Assembly (NCBI GenBank): GCA_037442925.1
Contig: JBBIPG010000008.1
Span: forward strand, 1-53,855
Source: Candidatus Fraserbacteria bacterium
GTDB lineage: Bacteria > Bipolaricaulota > Bipolaricaulia > RBG-16-55-9
DNA: 53,855 nucleotides
Reading direction: 5' to 3'
A program made the position numbers and the translations under genes. A model generated the notes under the pieces. It was given only the letters and a program-made list of their open reading frames with translations. It did no database searches and was not told where the DNA came from. Shown piece after piece: positions 10,301 to 21,629 of the stretch. Positions within the stretch are counted from its first letter, which is position 1; every line of letters starts with the position of its first letter.

Positions 10301-12278
10301 AGTGGTCGGCACCAAGAGCGCGTACGATGTGCGCGACCCCAAGACCCAAACAGTGATTCTCACCCAGGATGAGCTCATCACCAGCCATCTGGCGGAGCGG
10401 CTGAAGGACAGTGGTGTGGCGTCGGTCACGGTTCGGCCCCGCATTGTGATCCGCTCGCCCATGACGTGCGAGACACGGCGCGGCGTGTGTCAGCGCTGCT
10501 ATGGTTTGGATCTCAGCAATCATCAGCCGGTGGCGCTGGGCACAGCTGTGGGAGTCATCGCCGCCCAGTCGATCGGTGAACCGGGAACACAGCTTACCAT
10601 GAGAACGTTCCACACCGGCGGTGTGGTCGGTGAGGATATCACGCAGGGTTTGCCGCGGGCGGAGGAACTCTTTGAAGCGCGTAAGTCGATCAAGAGCCCG
10701 GAGGCAGAGATTGCCGAGATCAGCGGTGTGGTCACCTCTATCACGACCACAGCAGAGGGGCGTGAGCAGATCCACTTGCGTGGGGATGAGAAGCGCATTC
10801 GCATCCCCACCGTTCTCTGTCGGGTCGGCAAAGGCGATACGGTCCCGGCGACGGGCATTCTCTCCACGAGGAGTCCGGTGAGCGGCACCCTGCATATGAT
10901 CGAGAACGAAGGGGTGCGCACCCTCTACATTCTGGGTGAGGATGACCGTGTCTATTTGTTGCCTCCTGGCGTGTCAGCAACGGTGAAGACGGGCGACTGG
11001 CTCGAAGAGGGGACACCCTTAAGTGAGCCCTATCAAGAAGAGCCTGTGATGGCCCAAAGAGACGGGACGGTCGTGGAGATCGTCGAGGATGGGGCACGCT
11101 ATATCGTGGTCGAGGACAAGGCAGGCAACCGTCTCCAGCACCGCTTGCCTCACGGCGCGCGCAAGAAGGTAGACGTCGGAGAGAAAGTCACCCGAGGTAT
11201 GCAGCTGTCCACTCGCTCGACGCCGTATTCCATCAAAGCAGAGCGTCCCGGCATGGCCGTGGTCGGTGACGGAAAGGTCATCGTGTGCACGCCGGACAAG
11301 GGTCGGACGTTTCCGCTCACGGAGGACCTCACTGTCCTTAAGGAAGACGGCGTTCATATTCAAGAAGGCGAAGAGCTGTTCGCGTTGACTCTGCCCGCTC
11401 ATGGCACATGCTCCATTGTCGATGTGAAGAGCCTCCGAAACGGGCTATCCGAGATTCGACTTCACTACGAGATGGAAGTCCTTCTCTCGAATCCGCCGAT
11501 TGTCCGGGTGGGGGACAAGGTTCAAGAAGGGGATCTGCTCTCGAAGGGGGTGACCTCGCCGCATCTGTTGCTTAAGGTGGCTGGGGTAAGCAAGGCGAGG
11601 GATTATCTGCTGACAGAGATCCACAAAGTCTATAAGAGCCAAGGCGTGGAGATCAACGACAAGCACATCGAGCTGGTGATCCGCCAGATGCTGAACAACG
11701 TGCGCATCACGGACCCCGGTGACTCCCACTTCTTCCCGAACCAGATGGTGATCCTGGAGGAGTTCCGCGAGGCGATCCAAAAGCTCACGCAGGAAAACCG
11801 CGAAATCCAGCGTCAGCGCGAGGCCCTGATCGGTCGACTCTTGACCAGAGATCTTTCCCTGGGTGATCGCAAGATAGCGGAGAAGGGTGATGAACTGACG
11901 CGCCGGGTCCTTCAGGAGTCGCTGGAGGCGGGGATCAAGGAACTGGCCCTCGATCAAGGCGGCAAGACGGAGGTCGTTCGCATTCGGGAGAAGAGATTGC
12001 CCGTCGGTGAACGAGTGCTCCTGCGGATCTCCAAAGCCGCGTTGGAGACGAAGTCGTGGCTGTCGGCGGCCTCCTTCCAGAGGACGACGACGGTATTGGC
12101 TGAAGCGGCCCTGCGAGGCATGGAGGATCACCTCGAGGGATTAAAGCCCAACGTGATCCTGGGGCGACTGATCCCAGCCGGAACTGGGTTCCGACGCAAC
12201 GGAAGCGGAAATGAAGGTGGAGCGCCTACCGAGGTGGCATCCGCGCGCGGATCCCAAGAGGCGCAAAGCAACTCCTAA
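7305..12278 (+). CDS. rpoC: DNA-directed RNA polymerase beta' subunit
   Basis: Zn finger [69 protein letters not shown] start after GAGGGGTGA. Confidence 0.99.
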   Translation: MIRGDDIVRVRLGLASPEEIKSWSHGEVTESETINYRSYKPERGGLYAEEIFGPEKDYECACGKLRGRKYEGLTCDKCNVLVTSRDVRRSNMGHIELASPVVHFWYIKGISSPLSTLLGIKRNDLKRIAYYETQQHEEDVYLVLRSSGSELEEGERIYRSQYEILSRKKKIVAEPAYQVQEGTEVRAQASGQVTFEELKLENGQTMRVIRIGEKDHLVTPQAQLTVKKGSRVEEGELLAASPAGPEEWITETQCNLLKTVYPDLQAQRVREVVDSLIYLVTSVKNPSLPFKVGDRLWEPELRAYEKLYPRQFEAAAGAEGIQGVLANLDLDAWAEELRAQVEAEPSAGRRKRLLKRLEVIDQLRKSGNHAQDMVLSIIPVLPPELRPIVQLEGGKFATTDLNDLYRRIINRNNRLKKLQEMGAPEIILRNERRMLQEAVDALIHNEKKDSPILGRDNRPLKSLSERIQGKHGRLRRNLLGKRVDYSGRAVIVVNPKLKLHQCGLPKKMALELFKPFILRELSQEDSHHISNYDEVKNKALSGEMPKVWDILERLIKEHPVLLNRAPTLHRLGIQAFEPVLVDGEAIQIHPFVCPPYNADFDGDQMATHLPLAPEAITEARERMLSSRNILSPASGVPLTMPTKDFVFAFYYLTLENPEGRGRGKVFASIREAERAREIGALDLHTPVKIRIEGKIIDTTLGRAQLNQLLPEDLRNYQKTLDAGDIEQLIMECYHRYGNDRTVELLDALKEQALTAMTQSGLTISVTDALIPSEKSKILREAEERVRRIHQMYERGLATAEDRRAATIKVWMETVDKMEKATMQHLAHHPFNPIYMVVRSRARGSANQVKQLAGMRGPMTDPAGRIIEMPVKSNFREGLSVMEYFISTHGGRKGTADTALKTAESGYLTRRLVDVAEELIIKEEDCGTQAGIEIDPLRYSRDEIMLSIEERIYSRITAEPVRFAGKVLLERDQLIDRKKAAELGHLTMTLSPRETKFVEKVVGTKSAYDVRDPKTQTVILTQDELITSHLAERLKDSGVASVTVRPRIVIRSPMTCETRRGVCQRCYGLDLSNHQPVALGTAVGVIAAQSIGEPGTQLTMRTFHTGGVVGEDITQGLPRAEELFEARKSIKSPEAEIAEISGVVTSITTTAEGREQIHLRGDEKRIRIPTVLCRVGKGDTVPATGILSTRSPVSGTLHMIENEGVRTLYILGEDDRVYLLPPGVSATVKTGDWLEEGTPLSEPYQEEPVMAQRDGTVVEIVEDGARYIVVEDKAGNRLQHRLPHGARKKVDVGEKVTRGMQLSTRSTPYSIKAERPGMAVVGDGKVIVCTPDKGRTFPLTEDLTVLKEDGVHIQEGEELFALTLPAHGTCSIVDVKSLRNGLSEIRLHYEMEVLLSNPPIVRVGDKVQEGDLLSKGVTSPHLLLKVAGVSKARDYLLTEIHKVYKSQGVEINDKHIELVIRQMLNNVRITDPGDSHFFPNQMVILEEFREAIQKLTQENREIQRQREALIGRLLTRDLSLGDRKIAEKGDELTRRVLQESLEAGIKELALDQGGKTEVVRIREKRLPVGERVLLRISKAALETKSWLSAASFQRTTTVLAEAALRGMEDHLEGLKPNVILGRLIPAGTGFRRNGSGNEGGAPTEVASARGSQEAQSNS

Positions 12279-12282
12279 ACGC

Positions 12283-12311
12283 TTGACAGGGGGATCTCTA
12301 TGCCTTATAAT
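12283..12311 (+). promoter_or_regulatory. Consensus sigma70 promoter of the str/ribosomal superoperon
   Basis: Perfect TTGACA-17 nt-TATAAT directly after the rpoC stop. Confidence 0.88.
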
Positions 12312-12413
12312 ACCCGCAATCAGCGCTCGTGGTTCTCACAGAGTCAATTCTTTTTACACCGTGATCACACGCGCCGAGAGGATCATTTGGTTTCAGAACG
12401 AAAGGAAGACGAA

Positions 12414-12809
12414 ATGCCCACGATCAATCAGCTGATACGAAAAGGGCGCAAGATGCCAGCCGGCAAGGGCAAGGCACCTGCGTTGGACAGTTGCCCGCAA
12501 CGACGAGGGGTCTGCACACGGGTCTTCACGCGGACGCCCAAGAAGCCCAATTCCGCGTTGCGCAAAGTAGCCCGTGTGCGCTTGAGCAATGGGAAATATG
12601 TCACGGCCTACATCGGCGGAGAGGGGCATAATCTGCAGGAGCACTCGATGGTGCTCGTGCGCGGAGGCCGTGTGCCGGATCTGCCCGGAGTACGCTATCA
12701 CACGGTGCGCGGAGCGCTCGATGCGGCCGGTGTCGAGGGGCGGCGTCGGGGTCGGTCGAAGTACGGCACAAAGCGTTCGGCTTCTGCGCAGGCTTCTGCC
12801 TCCAGCTGA
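12414..12809 (+). CDS. rpsL: 30S ribosomal protein uS12
   Basis: [12 protein letters not shown]...[11 protein letters not shown]...DLPGVRY. Start after SD AAAGGAAG. Confidence 0.98.
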   Translation: MPTINQLIRKGRKMPAGKGKAPALDSCPQRRGVCTRVFTRTPKKPNSALRKVARVRLSNGKYVTAYIGGEGHNLQEHSMVLVRGGRVPDLPGVRYHTVRGALDAAGVEGRRRGRSKYGTKRSASAQASASS

Positions 12810-12827
12810 CGCGAATGGGTGAACGGT

Positions 12828-13331
12828 ATGCTTACCAAGACGCTTGAGCGGATGATACCCGGCTACCGGAGAGGGCGAGATCTGCCGCCCTTTCTCTATC
12901 CGGATCTCCGCTACGAGAGCAAGCTGGTCGAGAAGCTCATCAATTACGTAATGCAAAATGGGGAAAAATCGATAGCCCGGAGTATCGTTTATAGGGCTTT
13001 GGATCTCGTAGCGGAGCGGAGCGGTCAGCCGGCGCTGGAGATCTTCTATAAGGCGATCAGCAACTGTATGCCCAAGCTGGAGACTCGCTCACGCCGTGTA
13101 GGTGGGGCGGCCTATCAGGTACCCTACGATGTGCCGGAAGATCGACAGAAGACGCTCGCATTGCGCTGGATCGTCCAAGCGGCCCGCGGACGGGGGGAAC
13201 GAACGATGGCGGAGTGCTTGGCGGCCGAGCTGATAGATGCCTCTCAAGGACAGGGGAAGGCCCACGAAAAGAAGCTGGAAGCCCACCGCATGGCAGAGGC
13301 CAACCGACCTTTCGCCCACTATCGCTGGTAA
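12828..13331 (+). CDS. rpsG: 30S ribosomal protein uS7
   Basis: KLINYVMQNGEKSIA, RRVGGAAYQVP, HRMAEANRPFAHYRW. Start uncertain (12828/12852). Confidence 0.96.
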   Translation: MLTKTLERMIPGYRRGRDLPPFLYPDLRYESKLVEKLINYVMQNGEKSIARSIVYRALDLVAERSGQPALEIFYKAISNCMPKLETRSRRVGGAAYQVPYDVPEDRQKTLALRWIVQAARGRGERTMAECLAAELIDASQGQGKAHEKKLEAHRMAEANRPFAHYRW

Positions 13332-13373
13332 TCATCTGGAAGCGAGCGCTTTGGATTCCCGAGGTATAGAGTT

Positions 13374-15482
13374 ATGGCGGATGTGATTACGAAGCAGAGA
13401 CAGAACATCGAGAAGTTGAGGAACATCGGGATCGTCGCCCATATTGATGCCGGAAAGACGACGACCACCGAGAGGATCCTCTTTTACACGGGAATCATTC
13501 ATGAGCCCGGTGATGTGGACGAGGGCGACACCCAGATGGACTGGATGCCGCAGGAGCGCGAACGCGGCATCACCATCACGGCCGCCGCCACGCTCTGCCA
13601 GTGGCAGGGATATCAGATCAATCTCATCGATACCCCTGGCCACGTGGACTTTACGGCTGAAGTCGAGAGGTCTCTACGGGTGCTCGATGGCGTCGTCACG
13701 ATCTTCTCGGCAGTGGACATGGTCGAGTCACAGACAGAAAAAGTCTGGCGGCAAGCGGATAAGTACAACATTCCCCGCCTTGCGTATATTAATAAAATTG
13801 ATCGCCCAGGAGCCCAATACGAACGCACCATTGACATGATGGCAGAGCGCCTGGGTACGCTGCCTCTACCGCTTCAGATCCCCGCAGGCCATGGCGAGGA
13901 GCTGAAGGGCATGATCGATCTTCTCAAGCGAAAGCTCATAGTCTGGGATCAAGCGACGAAAGGGATCCAGTATAGCTATAAAGACATCCCGGTGGAGTAC
14001 GTCGAGCGCACCCAACAGTATCGCGCGCGCCTTTTGGAGACGCTGGCCGAAGTGGACGACGATGTGATGGAAAGATATTTGAATAACGAAGAGCTTTCGG
14101 AAGAAGAACTGAAACGAGCGATCCGCCGGGCCACCCTGGAGAAAGGCTGTGTGCCCGTATTGGGTGGATCTTCCCTCAAAAATATCGGAGTCCAGCCGCT
14201 CCTAGACGCTGTGGTGGCCTATTTGCCTTCCCCCTTGGATCGCGGCCAGATCACGGGCATGGCGCTGGATGGAGCCTCACCGGAGGGCACCGGGGCTCAC
14301 ATCGTGCGCCAACCCACTCCGGAGGAGCCCCTGACAGCGCTGGCCTTCAAGGTCGTGGTGGATGAGTACACGGGACGCCTCGTCTACGTGCGCGTCTACT
14401 CCGGGAGACTCCAGCAAGGATCGTATATTCTCAACTCCTCGACAGGCAAGAAGGAGAGAGTCTCGCGGATCTTCCACATGCACGCCAACAAGCGCCAGGA
14501 GGTCGAGGAGCTAACAGCAGGCGAGATCGGAGCGATCGTCGGGCCCAAAGAACTCTCCACGGGAGATACGTTCTGCCACCCTGAACATCCCATGTTGCTG
14601 GAAAAGATCGACTTCCCCGAGCCTGTGATCTTCGCGGCCGTCGAGGCCAAGTCCGCCGCCGAAGAAGAGAAACTCACAACGAGCCTTCTCAAGTTGGCAC
14701 AGGAAGATCCCACCTTCCGGATCAAGACCGATCCGGACACAAACCAGATGGTCATCGGAGGCATGGGGGAACTGCACCTCGAGATCATCTTTGATCGGCT
14801 ACAGCGCGAATTCAACACGCAAGCCAAGATGGGCCGCCCCCAGGTGGCCTACAAGGAGACGCTCGTTGAGCCTGCTGATGTGGAAGAGAAATTCATCAAG
14901 CAGACGGGTGGACGCGGCCAGTATGGTCACGTCTGCATCCAGTTCGAGCCGCTCCCGCGCGGGAAGGGCTTTGAGTTCATCGACGACACGAAGGGCGGCG
15001 TGATCCCCAGAGAGTACATTCCGGCCGTGGAGGAAGGCATCCTCGAAGCGATGGGAAGTGGTCCCTTGGCCGGTTTTCCCGTCGTCGATCTCAAAGCGAC
15101 CCTCTACTACGGTTCCTATCATGAGGTAGATTCTTCAGAGATTGCCTTCAAGACGGCGGCCTCGCGCGCCCTGCGCACAGCCTTCCACAAAGCCAAGGCG
15201 GAACTGCTCGAACCCATCATGGAGGGCGAAATCATCACTCCGACGGAATACATTGGGGAGGTCGTGAGCGATCTTCACACCCGCCGAGGCGAGATCCAGG
15301 GGTTTGACGTCCACGGCAACACCCAGATCATCCGGGTTCTTATCCCGCTGGCAGAGACGTTCGGATATGCAACGGTGCTGCGCTCGCTCAGCCAGGGCCG
15401 AGCGACGTATCAATTCAAGTTCTCTCACTATGAGATGGTTCCCGCTCGCATCAAAGAAGCCGTTCTGGAGGGAAACAAGTAA
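13374..15482 (+). CDS. fusA: Elongation factor G
   Basis: [41 protein letters not shown]. Confidence 0.98.
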   Translation: MADVITKQRQNIEKLRNIGIVAHIDAGKTTTTERILFYTGIIHEPGDVDEGDTQMDWMPQERERGITITAAATLCQWQGYQINLIDTPGHVDFTAEVERSLRVLDGVVTIFSAVDMVESQTEKVWRQADKYNIPRLAYINKIDRPGAQYERTIDMMAERLGTLPLPLQIPAGHGEELKGMIDLLKRKLIVWDQATKGIQYSYKDIPVEYVERTQQYRARLLETLAEVDDDVMERYLNNEELSEEELKRAIRRATLEKGCVPVLGGSSLKNIGVQPLLDAVVAYLPSPLDRGQITGMALDGASPEGTGAHIVRQPTPEEPLTALAFKVVVDEYTGRLVYVRVYSGRLQQGSYILNSSTGKKERVSRIFHMHANKRQEVEELTAGEIGAIVGPKELSTGDTFCHPEHPMLLEKIDFPEPVIFAAVEAKSAAEEEKLTTSLLKLAQEDPTFRIKTDPDTNQMVIGGMGELHLEIIFDRLQREFNTQAKMGRPQVAYKETLVEPADVEEKFIKQTGGRGQYGHVCIQFEPLPRGKGFEFIDDTKGGVIPREYIPAVEEGILEAMGSGPLAGFPVVDLKATLYYGSYHEVDSSEIAFKTAASRALRTAFHKAKAELLEPIMEGEIITPTEYIGEVVSDLHTRRGEIQGFDVHGNTQIIRVLIPLAETFGYATVLRSLSQGRATYQFKFSHYEMVPARIKEAVLEGNK

Positions 15483-15790
15483 TGGCGCGTGAGAAGATTC
15501 GGATCCGTTTGAAGAGCTATGATCATGAGCTGGTCGACGAGGCGATGCGTCGCATCGTCAAGACGGCTCAAGAGACGCGGGCGAAGATCTCCGGACCCAT
15601 TCCGCTTCCTACGGATATCAAGCGGTATACCGTCCTGCGTTCGCCCCACGTCAACAAGAAGTCGATGGAGCACTTTGAGCGACGCATCCACAAGAGACTT
15701 CTGGATATTCGAGAGCCGACCTCAGAGACGATCAACGCGCTCATGGACATCGAGCTGCCCACCGGCATCGATATCGAGGTCAAGCTCTAA
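15482..15790 (+). CDS. rpsJ: 30S ribosomal protein uS10
   Basis: [11 protein letters not shown]...GPIPLPT...RSPHVNKKS. Confidence 0.98.
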   Translation: MAREKIRIRLKSYDHELVDEAMRRIVKTAQETRAKISGPIPLPTDIKRYTVLRSPHVNKKSMEHFERRIHKRLLDIREPTSETINALMDIELPTGIDIEVKL

Positions 15791-15808
15791 GCCGCAAGGA
15801 GAGGTGCG

Positions 15809-16432
15809 ATGGCACTGGGAATGCTGGGACGTAAGCTAGGCATGATGCAATGGTTTGACGCCGCGGGACATGCGCTGGCGGCCACGGTCATTGAGGCAGA
15901 GCCGAACGTGATCGTTCAGGTCAAGACCGACGAGAACGACGGTTATCGCGGGCTAAAGCTGGGCTTTGAGAAGATCAAAGAAGAGCGTGTTCCTCGTGCC
16001 GCAAAGGGCCATTTTCAGAAGATCAAGGTTGAGCCCCGGCGACACGTGAGGGAGTTTCGCGTGGAAGATGCGTCTCAGTATCAAGTGGGCCAGGAGATCA
16101 CCGTGGGGATCTTCCAGGAGGGAGAGAAGATTCGGGCAAGTGGGATCACCAAGGGAAAGGGATTTGCCGGTGTCATGAAGAGGCATGACTTCCGCGGAGG
16201 AGATGCCTCACACGGCTCGGACTCCCACCGTCGACCCGGTTCCATCGGCAGCATCCGCGCCACCGGCAAGGTGTTCAAGGGCCATCCCATGGCCGGCCAT
16301 ATGGGGGCCCGACGGGTCACCGTTCGGGGCCTCACGGTGCTCAAGGCGGATCCCGCGAGGAACTTGATCGTCGTCAAGGGAGCGGTTCCCGGACCGCGGG
16401 GATGCTTGGTGGAGTTGAGAAAAGATGGCTAA
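15809..16432 (+). CDS. rplC: 50S ribosomal protein uL3
   Basis: GRKLGMMQ, TKGKGFAG, RRPGSIG, MAGHMG. Confidence 0.97.
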   Translation: MALGMLGRKLGMMQWFDAAGHALAATVIEAEPNVIVQVKTDENDGYRGLKLGFEKIKEERVPRAAKGHFQKIKVEPRRHVREFRVEDASQYQVGQEITVGIFQEGEKIRASGITKGKGFAGVMKRHDFRGGDASHGSDSHRRPGSIGSIRATGKVFKGHPMAGHMGARRVTVRGLTVLKADPARNLIVVKGAVPGPRGCLVELRKDG

Positions 16433-17057
16433 GGTGAAGATGTTCAAGTTCGACGGTGGCGAGGGCCAGATCGAGATCGCCGAGCAACTGACAGATGGGG
16501 TAATTCATAAAGATCTGCTCTTCCGGGCCGTCCAGAGCTACTTGGTCAATCAGCGGCAAGGCACGCATGCGACCAAGACGCGCAGTCAAGTCGCCGGCAG
16601 CGGCCGCAAGCCTTGGCCGCAGAAGCACACCGGAAACGCCCGCCACGGATCGTTCCAATCACCCCTCTGGGTCGGAGGAGGCGTCACCTTCGGCCCCCAG
16701 CCCAGAGAATACCACTACAGGCTGCCAAAGAAGATGCGCCGACAGGCTCTTGCTTCGGCCATTCGCGATCGGTACCAGAGTGATCGCCTGACGATCATTG
16801 ATCGATTGGACTTCGAAAGACCCAAGACGAAAGAGGCCATGCGCATCCTAGAGCAGCTGGGAATCCCTCAAGATGAGACGCTTCTGGTCATCGTTTCATC
16901 CCAAGAGAATGACGTTCGAGTGAGAAAGTCGTTCTCCAATCTGCCGGCAGTGGCGTGTGCGCCTGCAACGGGAGTTCATGCCTACGAGATCCTCAAGCAT
17001 GAGCGCCTGCTCATCACATCCTCGGCACTTGGGGAATTGACGGCGAGGGTGAACTGA
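16425..17057 (+). CDS. rplD: 50S ribosomal protein uL4
   Basis: RQGTHATKTR..GRKPWPQKHTGNARHGS, GGVTFGPQPR. Confidence 0.97.
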   Translation: MAKVKMFKFDGGEGQIEIAEQLTDGVIHKDLLFRAVQSYLVNQRQGTHATKTRSQVAGSGRKPWPQKHTGNARHGSFQSPLWVGGGVTFGPQPREYHYRLPKKMRRQALASAIRDRYQSDRLTIIDRLDFERPKTKEAMRILEQLGIPQDETLLVIVSSQENDVRVRKSFSNLPAVACAPATGVHAYEILKHERLLITSSALGELTARVN

Positions 17058-17062
17058 CTGAC

Positions 17063-17344
17063 ATGCATCTAGAAGATGTGATTGTGGAGCCTGTGGTGAG
17101 CGAGAAGGGTTGGAAGGGCCAGGATGAGAGGAAGTACACCTTCCGGGTTCATCCTCGGGCCAACAAAGTCGAGATCCGGCGCGCCATAGAGCAGATCTTC
17201 AAAGTGAAAGTCGATCGCGTCTGGACGATGAGCATCCGTGGGAAACCCCGTCGCACGCGCTTCTATCAACAGGGGAGAAGACCGGACTGGAAGAAGGCCA
17301 TCATCCAGTTGGCTCCCGGTCAACGAATCGAGATCTATCAGTAG
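17063..17344 (+). CDS. rplW: 50S ribosomal protein uL23
   Basis: PVVSEK, ANKVEIRRAIE, WKKAII. Confidence 0.96.
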   Translation: MHLEDVIVEPVVSEKGWKGQDERKYTFRVHPRANKVEIRRAIEQIFKVKVDRVWTMSIRGKPRRTRFYQQGRRPDWKKAIIQLAPGQRIEIYQ

Positions 17345-17362
17345 ATACGAGGATGAAAGGGT

Positions 17363-18211
17363 ATGCCCATAAAGCAATATACATCGGTAACGCCGAGCTT
17401 GCGCCACGCGGAGTGGCCAGATTTTTCGGAGCTCACACACAAGAAGCCAGAGAAAAGCCTGCTAGAGCCTCGGCGAAGAACCGGGGGTCGGAATAACCAG
17501 GGACGGATCACCGCCCGAGGGCGGGGAGGCGGTCACAAACGCCGCTACCGGCTCATCGATTTCGCCCGAGATAAACAGGGTGTTCCTGCAAAGGTCGTTT
17601 CCCGAGAGTACGATCCCAATCGCTCGGCGTGGATCACACTGCTTCAATATGCGGACGGAGAGAAGCGATACATCGTCTCCCCCTTGGAGCTGGGGATCGG
17701 TGCGACGGTGATCGCAGGCAAAGAGGAGATTGAAGCGAGGCCAGGAAACGCATTGCCTCTCAAGAAGATCCCGGTGGGCACGTTCGTTCATTGCGTTGAG
17801 TTCGTCCCTGGAGGCAGAGCCAAGCTGGCCCGAGCGGCAGGCACGGCCGCACAGCTTTTGAATGTGGAAGAGGGTCAGGCGCGGTTGCGACTTCCTTCGG
17901 GAGAGATTCGTATTTTTGATGAGAATTGCATGGCAACCGTTGGCCAAGTCGGCAACGTCGATCACAAGAACATCGTGCATGGGCAAGCGGGTCGGGTGCG
18001 ACATCTGGGCCGAAGGCCCATCACTCGTGGTGTGGCACGCAACCCCGTGGATCACCCGCACGGTGGAGGCGAGGGTCGACACTATGTGGGAGGCCCACCG
18101 CGGACGTTCGCGGGTAAGCCGGCCAAGGGTGTGCACACGCGCAAACAGAAGCCGAGCGATCGCCTCATCGTGCTGCACGCCAGAGACGCTCGGAAGAAGA
18201 AGGGGAGCTGA
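17363..18211 (+). CDS. rplB: 50S ribosomal protein uL2
   Basis: [30 protein letters not shown]. Confidence 0.98.
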   Translation: MPIKQYTSVTPSLRHAEWPDFSELTHKKPEKSLLEPRRRTGGRNNQGRITARGRGGGHKRRYRLIDFARDKQGVPAKVVSREYDPNRSAWITLLQYADGEKRYIVSPLELGIGATVIAGKEEIEARPGNALPLKKIPVGTFVHCVEFVPGGRAKLARAAGTAAQLLNVEEGQARLRLPSGEIRIFDENCMATVGQVGNVDHKNIVHGQAGRVRHLGRRPITRGVARNPVDHPHGGGEGRHYVGGPPRTFAGKPAKGVHTRKQKPSDRLIVLHARDARKKKGS

Positions 18212-18213
18212 TC

Positions 18214-18498
18214 ATGGCACGTTCCGCTCGTAAAGGACCATTCGTCCATCCCAAGCTCTTGAAGAAAGTGGCCAAAGCCAAGCGGGGCGAACTGGGGGAG
18301 ATCATCACATGGTCCCGTGCCTCGATGATCACGCCGGAGATGGTCGGGTTGACGATCAAAGTGCATAACGGTAAAATGCACGTACCCGTCCCGATCGTGG
18401 AGGCCATGGTGGGCCACCGGTTGGGAGAATTCGCGCCGACCCGGATCTTCAAAGCTCACGGCGGGGTCAAGAAGAAGCAGCCTCCAACACCTAAATAA
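18214..18498 (+). CDS. rpsS: 30S ribosomal protein uS19
   Basis: [23 protein letters not shown]. Confidence 0.97.
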   Translation: MARSARKGPFVHPKLLKKVAKAKRGELGEIITWSRASMITPEMVGLTIKVHNGKMHVPVPIVEAMVGHRLGEFAPTRIFKAHGGVKKKQPPTPK

Positions 18499-18516
18499 TC
18501 CGAGAGAGTGATGAGC

Positions 18517-18858
18517 ATGCAGGCCAAGGCCATAGCGAAGTGGGTACGTGTCTCACCGGAGAGGGTGCGACTCGTGGCTCGCGAGATCCAAGGAAGATCG
18601 GTTGATGAGGCGTTGATGGTTGTGCAGTACGCCAAATCCAAAGGTGCGCGTGCCATTCGAAACGTTCTGGAATCCGCGGTGGCCAATGCCGAGCACAACT
18701 ATGAAATGGATGTGGATCGGTTGATTGTCCGTGAGGCGCGCATCGATGGTGGACCGGTCTTAAAGCGCATGAAACCTCGCTCGCGTGGTCGGGCGGATAT
18801 CATACAGCGGCCGACGAGCCACATCACCGTGGTGGTGGCCGAGAGGGAGGAGCGCTAA
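18517..18858 (+). CDS. rplV: 50S ribosomal protein uL22
   Basis: AKWVRVSP, SAVANAEHN, PRSRGRA, SHITVVV. Alternative starts 18508/18511. Confidence 0.96.
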   Translation: MQAKAIAKWVRVSPERVRLVAREIQGRSVDEALMVVQYAKSKGARAIRNVLESAVANAEHNYEMDVDRLIVREARIDGGPVLKRMKPRSRGRADIIQRPTSHITVVVAEREER

Positions 18859-19541
18859 TGGGCCAGAAGATGCACCCTCTGGGGTTTCGGCTTGGGATCA
18901 CCCGCAAATGGAAATCCAACTGGTTCAATGAGCGTAAAGCGGCAGAATATTTGGAAGAAGATCAGAAGATCCGCTGGCTGATCCGGGAGCGCTATCACGG
19001 AGCGGGTATTGCCGAAGTGAATCTGGAGCGACCTACGGAAGACCGGGTTTCGATTGTGATTCGCACGGCTCGCCCAGGGATCATCATCGGAAAGGGCGGC
19101 CAGGAGATCGATCAATTTCAGAGAGAATTAGAAGAGACTCTCCATCGCAAGGTGAAGATCTCGATCAAGGAAGTCGAAGCCCCGGATCTGGAAGCCATTC
19201 TGGTAGGGGAAGAGATCGCCTATCGCGTGGAGAGTCGCTTTCCGATCCAGCGCGCCATGAAGGAGGTAGCTACGCGTGTCCTGGAGCGTGGAGCGAAGGG
19301 GATTAAGATCCGCTGCAGTGGGCGACTGGGTGGAGCGGAGATCGCGCGCTCCGTAGAGATCAAGATGGGCCGTGTACCGCTTCAGACGATCCGGGCCGAT
19401 ATCGACTATGGGTTCACGGAGGCCTGGACGAAGTATGGTCCCATTGGGATCAAGGTCTGGCTCTTCCGGGGTGAGCAGATGGCTCTAGCAGTCCAGCCGG
19501 CAGAGAAACGGGGTGAGGCCGTTGTCGCTCCTGGCTCCTAA
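18858..19541 (+). CDS. rpsC: 30S ribosomal protein uS3
   Basis: [34 protein letters not shown]. Confidence 0.98.
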   Translation: MGQKMHPLGFRLGITRKWKSNWFNERKAAEYLEEDQKIRWLIRERYHGAGIAEVNLERPTEDRVSIVIRTARPGIIIGKGGQEIDQFQRELEETLHRKVKISIKEVEAPDLEAILVGEEIAYRVESRFPIQRAMKEVATRVLERGAKGIKIRCSGRLGGAEIARSVEIKMGRVPLQTIRADIDYGFTEAWTKYGPIGIKVWLFRGEQMALAVQPAEKRGEAVVAPGS

Positions 19542-19953
19542 ACGCACCAAGTTCCGCAAGGCTCACCGTGGGCGGCGCAAGGGCAAGGCCCTGGCTGGCA
19601 GTGAGGTGACGTTTGGTGAATACGGCATTCAAGCTCTGGAGCCGGCGTGGGTTACGGACAAGCAGATCGAAGCCTGCCGTACGACCATGGTGCGGGAACT
19701 GGAGCGTAACTCAAAGATCTGGATTCGGATCTTCCCTGACAAACCGGTGACGAAGCTACCCGCGGAGACCCGCATGGGGAAGGGCAAAGGAGATGTGGAT
19801 CACTACGTGGCCGTCGTCAGACCAGGGCGGATTCTCTTCGAGGTCAGTGGTGTCACGCGAGCTCAGGCAGAACGCATCCAGCAGCTGGTCTCTCATAAGC
19901 TGCCCTTAAAGACGCGCGTGAGGGACCGTCTCAAGCTGGGAGGAGAGCGATGA
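19522..19953 (+). CDS. rplP: 50S ribosomal protein uL16
   Basis: [29 protein letters not shown] start. Confidence 0.96.
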   Translation: MSLLAPKRTKFRKAHRGRRKGKALAGSEVTFGEYGIQALEPAWVTDKQIEACRTTMVRELERNSKIWIRIFPDKPVTKLPAETRMGKGKGDVDHYVAVVRPGRILFEVSGVTRAQAERIQQLVSHKLPLKTRVRDRLKLGGER

Positions 19954-20162
19954 AGGCACAAGAACTGCGAGACCTAACTGAGGAAGAGTTGCACCAGAAA
20001 GAGTCCGAACTCAAGCGGAAGCTCTTTACGTTACGGTTTCAAGTGGCCACAGGTCAGCAGGACAACACCGCGGCTCTCCAGGAGACCCGGCGGGATATCG
20101 CGCGGGTGAAGACAGTAATGCGTGAGCGATGGCAAGAGACGGTGAAGGCGGGTGAAGGTTGA
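19950..20162 (+). CDS. rpmC: 50S ribosomal protein uL29
   Basis: MKAQELR...LFTLRFQ...RRDIARVKT. Confidence 0.96.
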   Translation: MKAQELRDLTEEELHQKESELKRKLFTLRFQVATGQQDNTAALQETRRDIARVKTVMRERWQETVKAGEG

Positions 20163-20401
20163 TGGCCGTCAAAGAACGAGTCGGCACGGTCGTCAGCGAC
20201 AAGATGCAGAAGACGATTGCTGTTCTGGTCGAAACGCGCGTGCAGCATCCCCGCTACAAGAAATTCGTCGTCCACCGGAAGAAGTTCTATGCGCATGATG
20301 AGAAAGAGGAAGCGGGCGTGGGGGATGTCGTGAGAATTCGCGAGATCCTTCAGCGTGCGCCTTCCGGCCTTGCGGGAGACGGAGGGACGGGACAACCATG
20401 A
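20162..20401 (+). CDS. rpsQ: 30S ribosomal protein uS17 (about 14-aa internal deletion)
   Basis: [28 protein letters not shown]. The conserved RPLSKTK segment is absent. Confidence 0.9.
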   Translation: MAVKERVGTVVSDKMQKTIAVLVETRVQHPRYKKFVVHRKKFYAHDEKEEAGVGDVVRIREILQRAPSGLAGDGGTGQP

Positions 20402-20766
20402 TCCAAGTGCGGAGCATTCTCAAGGTGACGGACAATTCCGGCGTGAAAGAGGTGCGCGTGGCCAATGTGCTGGGTCGACCGGGCGCGGTAGGTGGCCGGA
20501 TCGGCGATATCATCGTCGGGTCGGTGCAGAAGCGATTGCCCACCAGCGAGATCGAGAAAGGCGCCGTCGTGAAGGGTGTGATCGTGCGCACGCGCAAGCC
20601 CTACCGCCGCGAAGACGGCAGCTACGTGCGCTTCGATGACAACGCCATCGTGCTCGTCAACAACCAGATGGAACCCATCGGAACCCGGATCTTTGGCCCC
20701 GTGCCCCGGGAGCTGCGCCGCAAGAGCATGCTGCGCATCCTCTCGCTGGCTCCGGAGGTGCTTTAA
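20398..20766 (+). CDS. rplN: 50S ribosomal protein uL14
   Basis: [28 protein letters not shown]. Confidence 0.97.
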   Translation: MIQVRSILKVTDNSGVKEVRVANVLGRPGAVGGRIGDIIVGSVQKRLPTSEIEKGAVVKGVIVRTRKPYRREDGSYVRFDDNAIVLVNNQMEPIGTRIFGPVPRELRRKSMLRILSLAPEVL

Positions 20767-20769
20767 ATT

Positions 20770-21084
20770 GTGCTCAAGGTGAAGAAGGGCGATGTTGTCA
20801 AAGTCATCGCTGGCAACGACCGGGGCAAGCGCGGCGAGGTCATGAAGGTGTTACTCGAAGGGGAGCGCCTGATCGTCAAAGGTGTGAATATCATCACGCG
20901 CCATCAGCGACCAACGGCTCGCCAGCGCGAGGGCGGCATCATTGAGCGGGAGGGTACAATCCACGTCTCCAACGTGTTGGTGATCTGCCCTTCTTGCGAT
21001 CGTCCAACGCGCGTTGGCTTTAAGATCAGCGAAACCGGAGAGAAGATGAGAGCGTGCAAGCAATGTCAGGAGACATTTGAGTGA
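20770..21084 (+). CDS. rplX: 50S ribosomal protein uL24
   Basis: KKGDVVKVIAGNDRGKRG, GGIIERE, IHVSNV. Confidence 0.96.
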   Translation: MLKVKKGDVVKVIAGNDRGKRGEVMKVLLEGERLIVKGVNIITRHQRPTARQREGGIIEREGTIHVSNVLVICPSCDRPTRVGFKISETGEKMRACKQCQETFE

Positions 21085-21625
21085 GGCGATGATGCTCAAG
21101 GAACGGTATCGCAGCGAAGTCGTGCCCAAGCTCATGAGAGAGCTGGGCTATACGAGCGTCATGCAGGTTCCTCGCCTCGAGAAGGTCGTCATCAACATGG
21201 GGATTAAAGAGGCGCATGACGATCCGAAGGTTCTGGAGAGCTGCATGAAGGATCTGGGAAAGATTGCAGGCCAGCGACCCGTGGCTACGAAAGCCAAGCG
21301 GAGCATCTCGGACTTCGGTGTGACCAAAGGGGACATTGTAGGCTGCAAGGTGACACTGAGAGGGCTGCGAGCCTATGTCTTTTTGGAGAAGCTTTTCAAT
21401 GTGGTCCTGCCCTCGGTGCGCGACTTTCGCGGGCTATCGGCGGATGCGTTTGATGGGCGGGGCAATTACTCCTTGGGGCTGGATGAGCAGCTGGTTTTCC
21501 CCGAGATCCATTACGATGACATCGTCAAGGTACAAGGCATGAACATCACGATGGCTACGACGGCCCAGACGGATCGGGAGGCATACTACCTTTTGAAGGA
21601 ATTGGGGTGCCCGTTCAGGGATTAA
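21077..21625 (+). CDS. rplE: 50S ribosomal protein uL5
   Basis: [31 protein letters not shown]. Confidence 0.97.
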   Translation: MSEAMMLKERYRSEVVPKLMRELGYTSVMQVPRLEKVVINMGIKEAHDDPKVLESCMKDLGKIAGQRPVATKAKRSISDFGVTKGDIVGCKVTLRGLRAYVFLEKLFNVVLPSVRDFRGLSADAFDGRGNYSLGLDEQLVFPEIHYDDIVKVQGMNITMATTAQTDREAYYLLKELGCPFRD

Positions 21626-21629
21626 CTTA

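Noticed and set aside
7305..12278. Intein in rpoC explaining its length
   Set aside because: No Cys/Ser...His-Asn splice junctions or LAGLIDADG motifs seen; the inserts look like SBHM repeats.
12300..12413. N-terminal extension of uS12 in the ORF track
   Set aside because: That ATG lies inside the promoter; the real start is 12414 after an SD.
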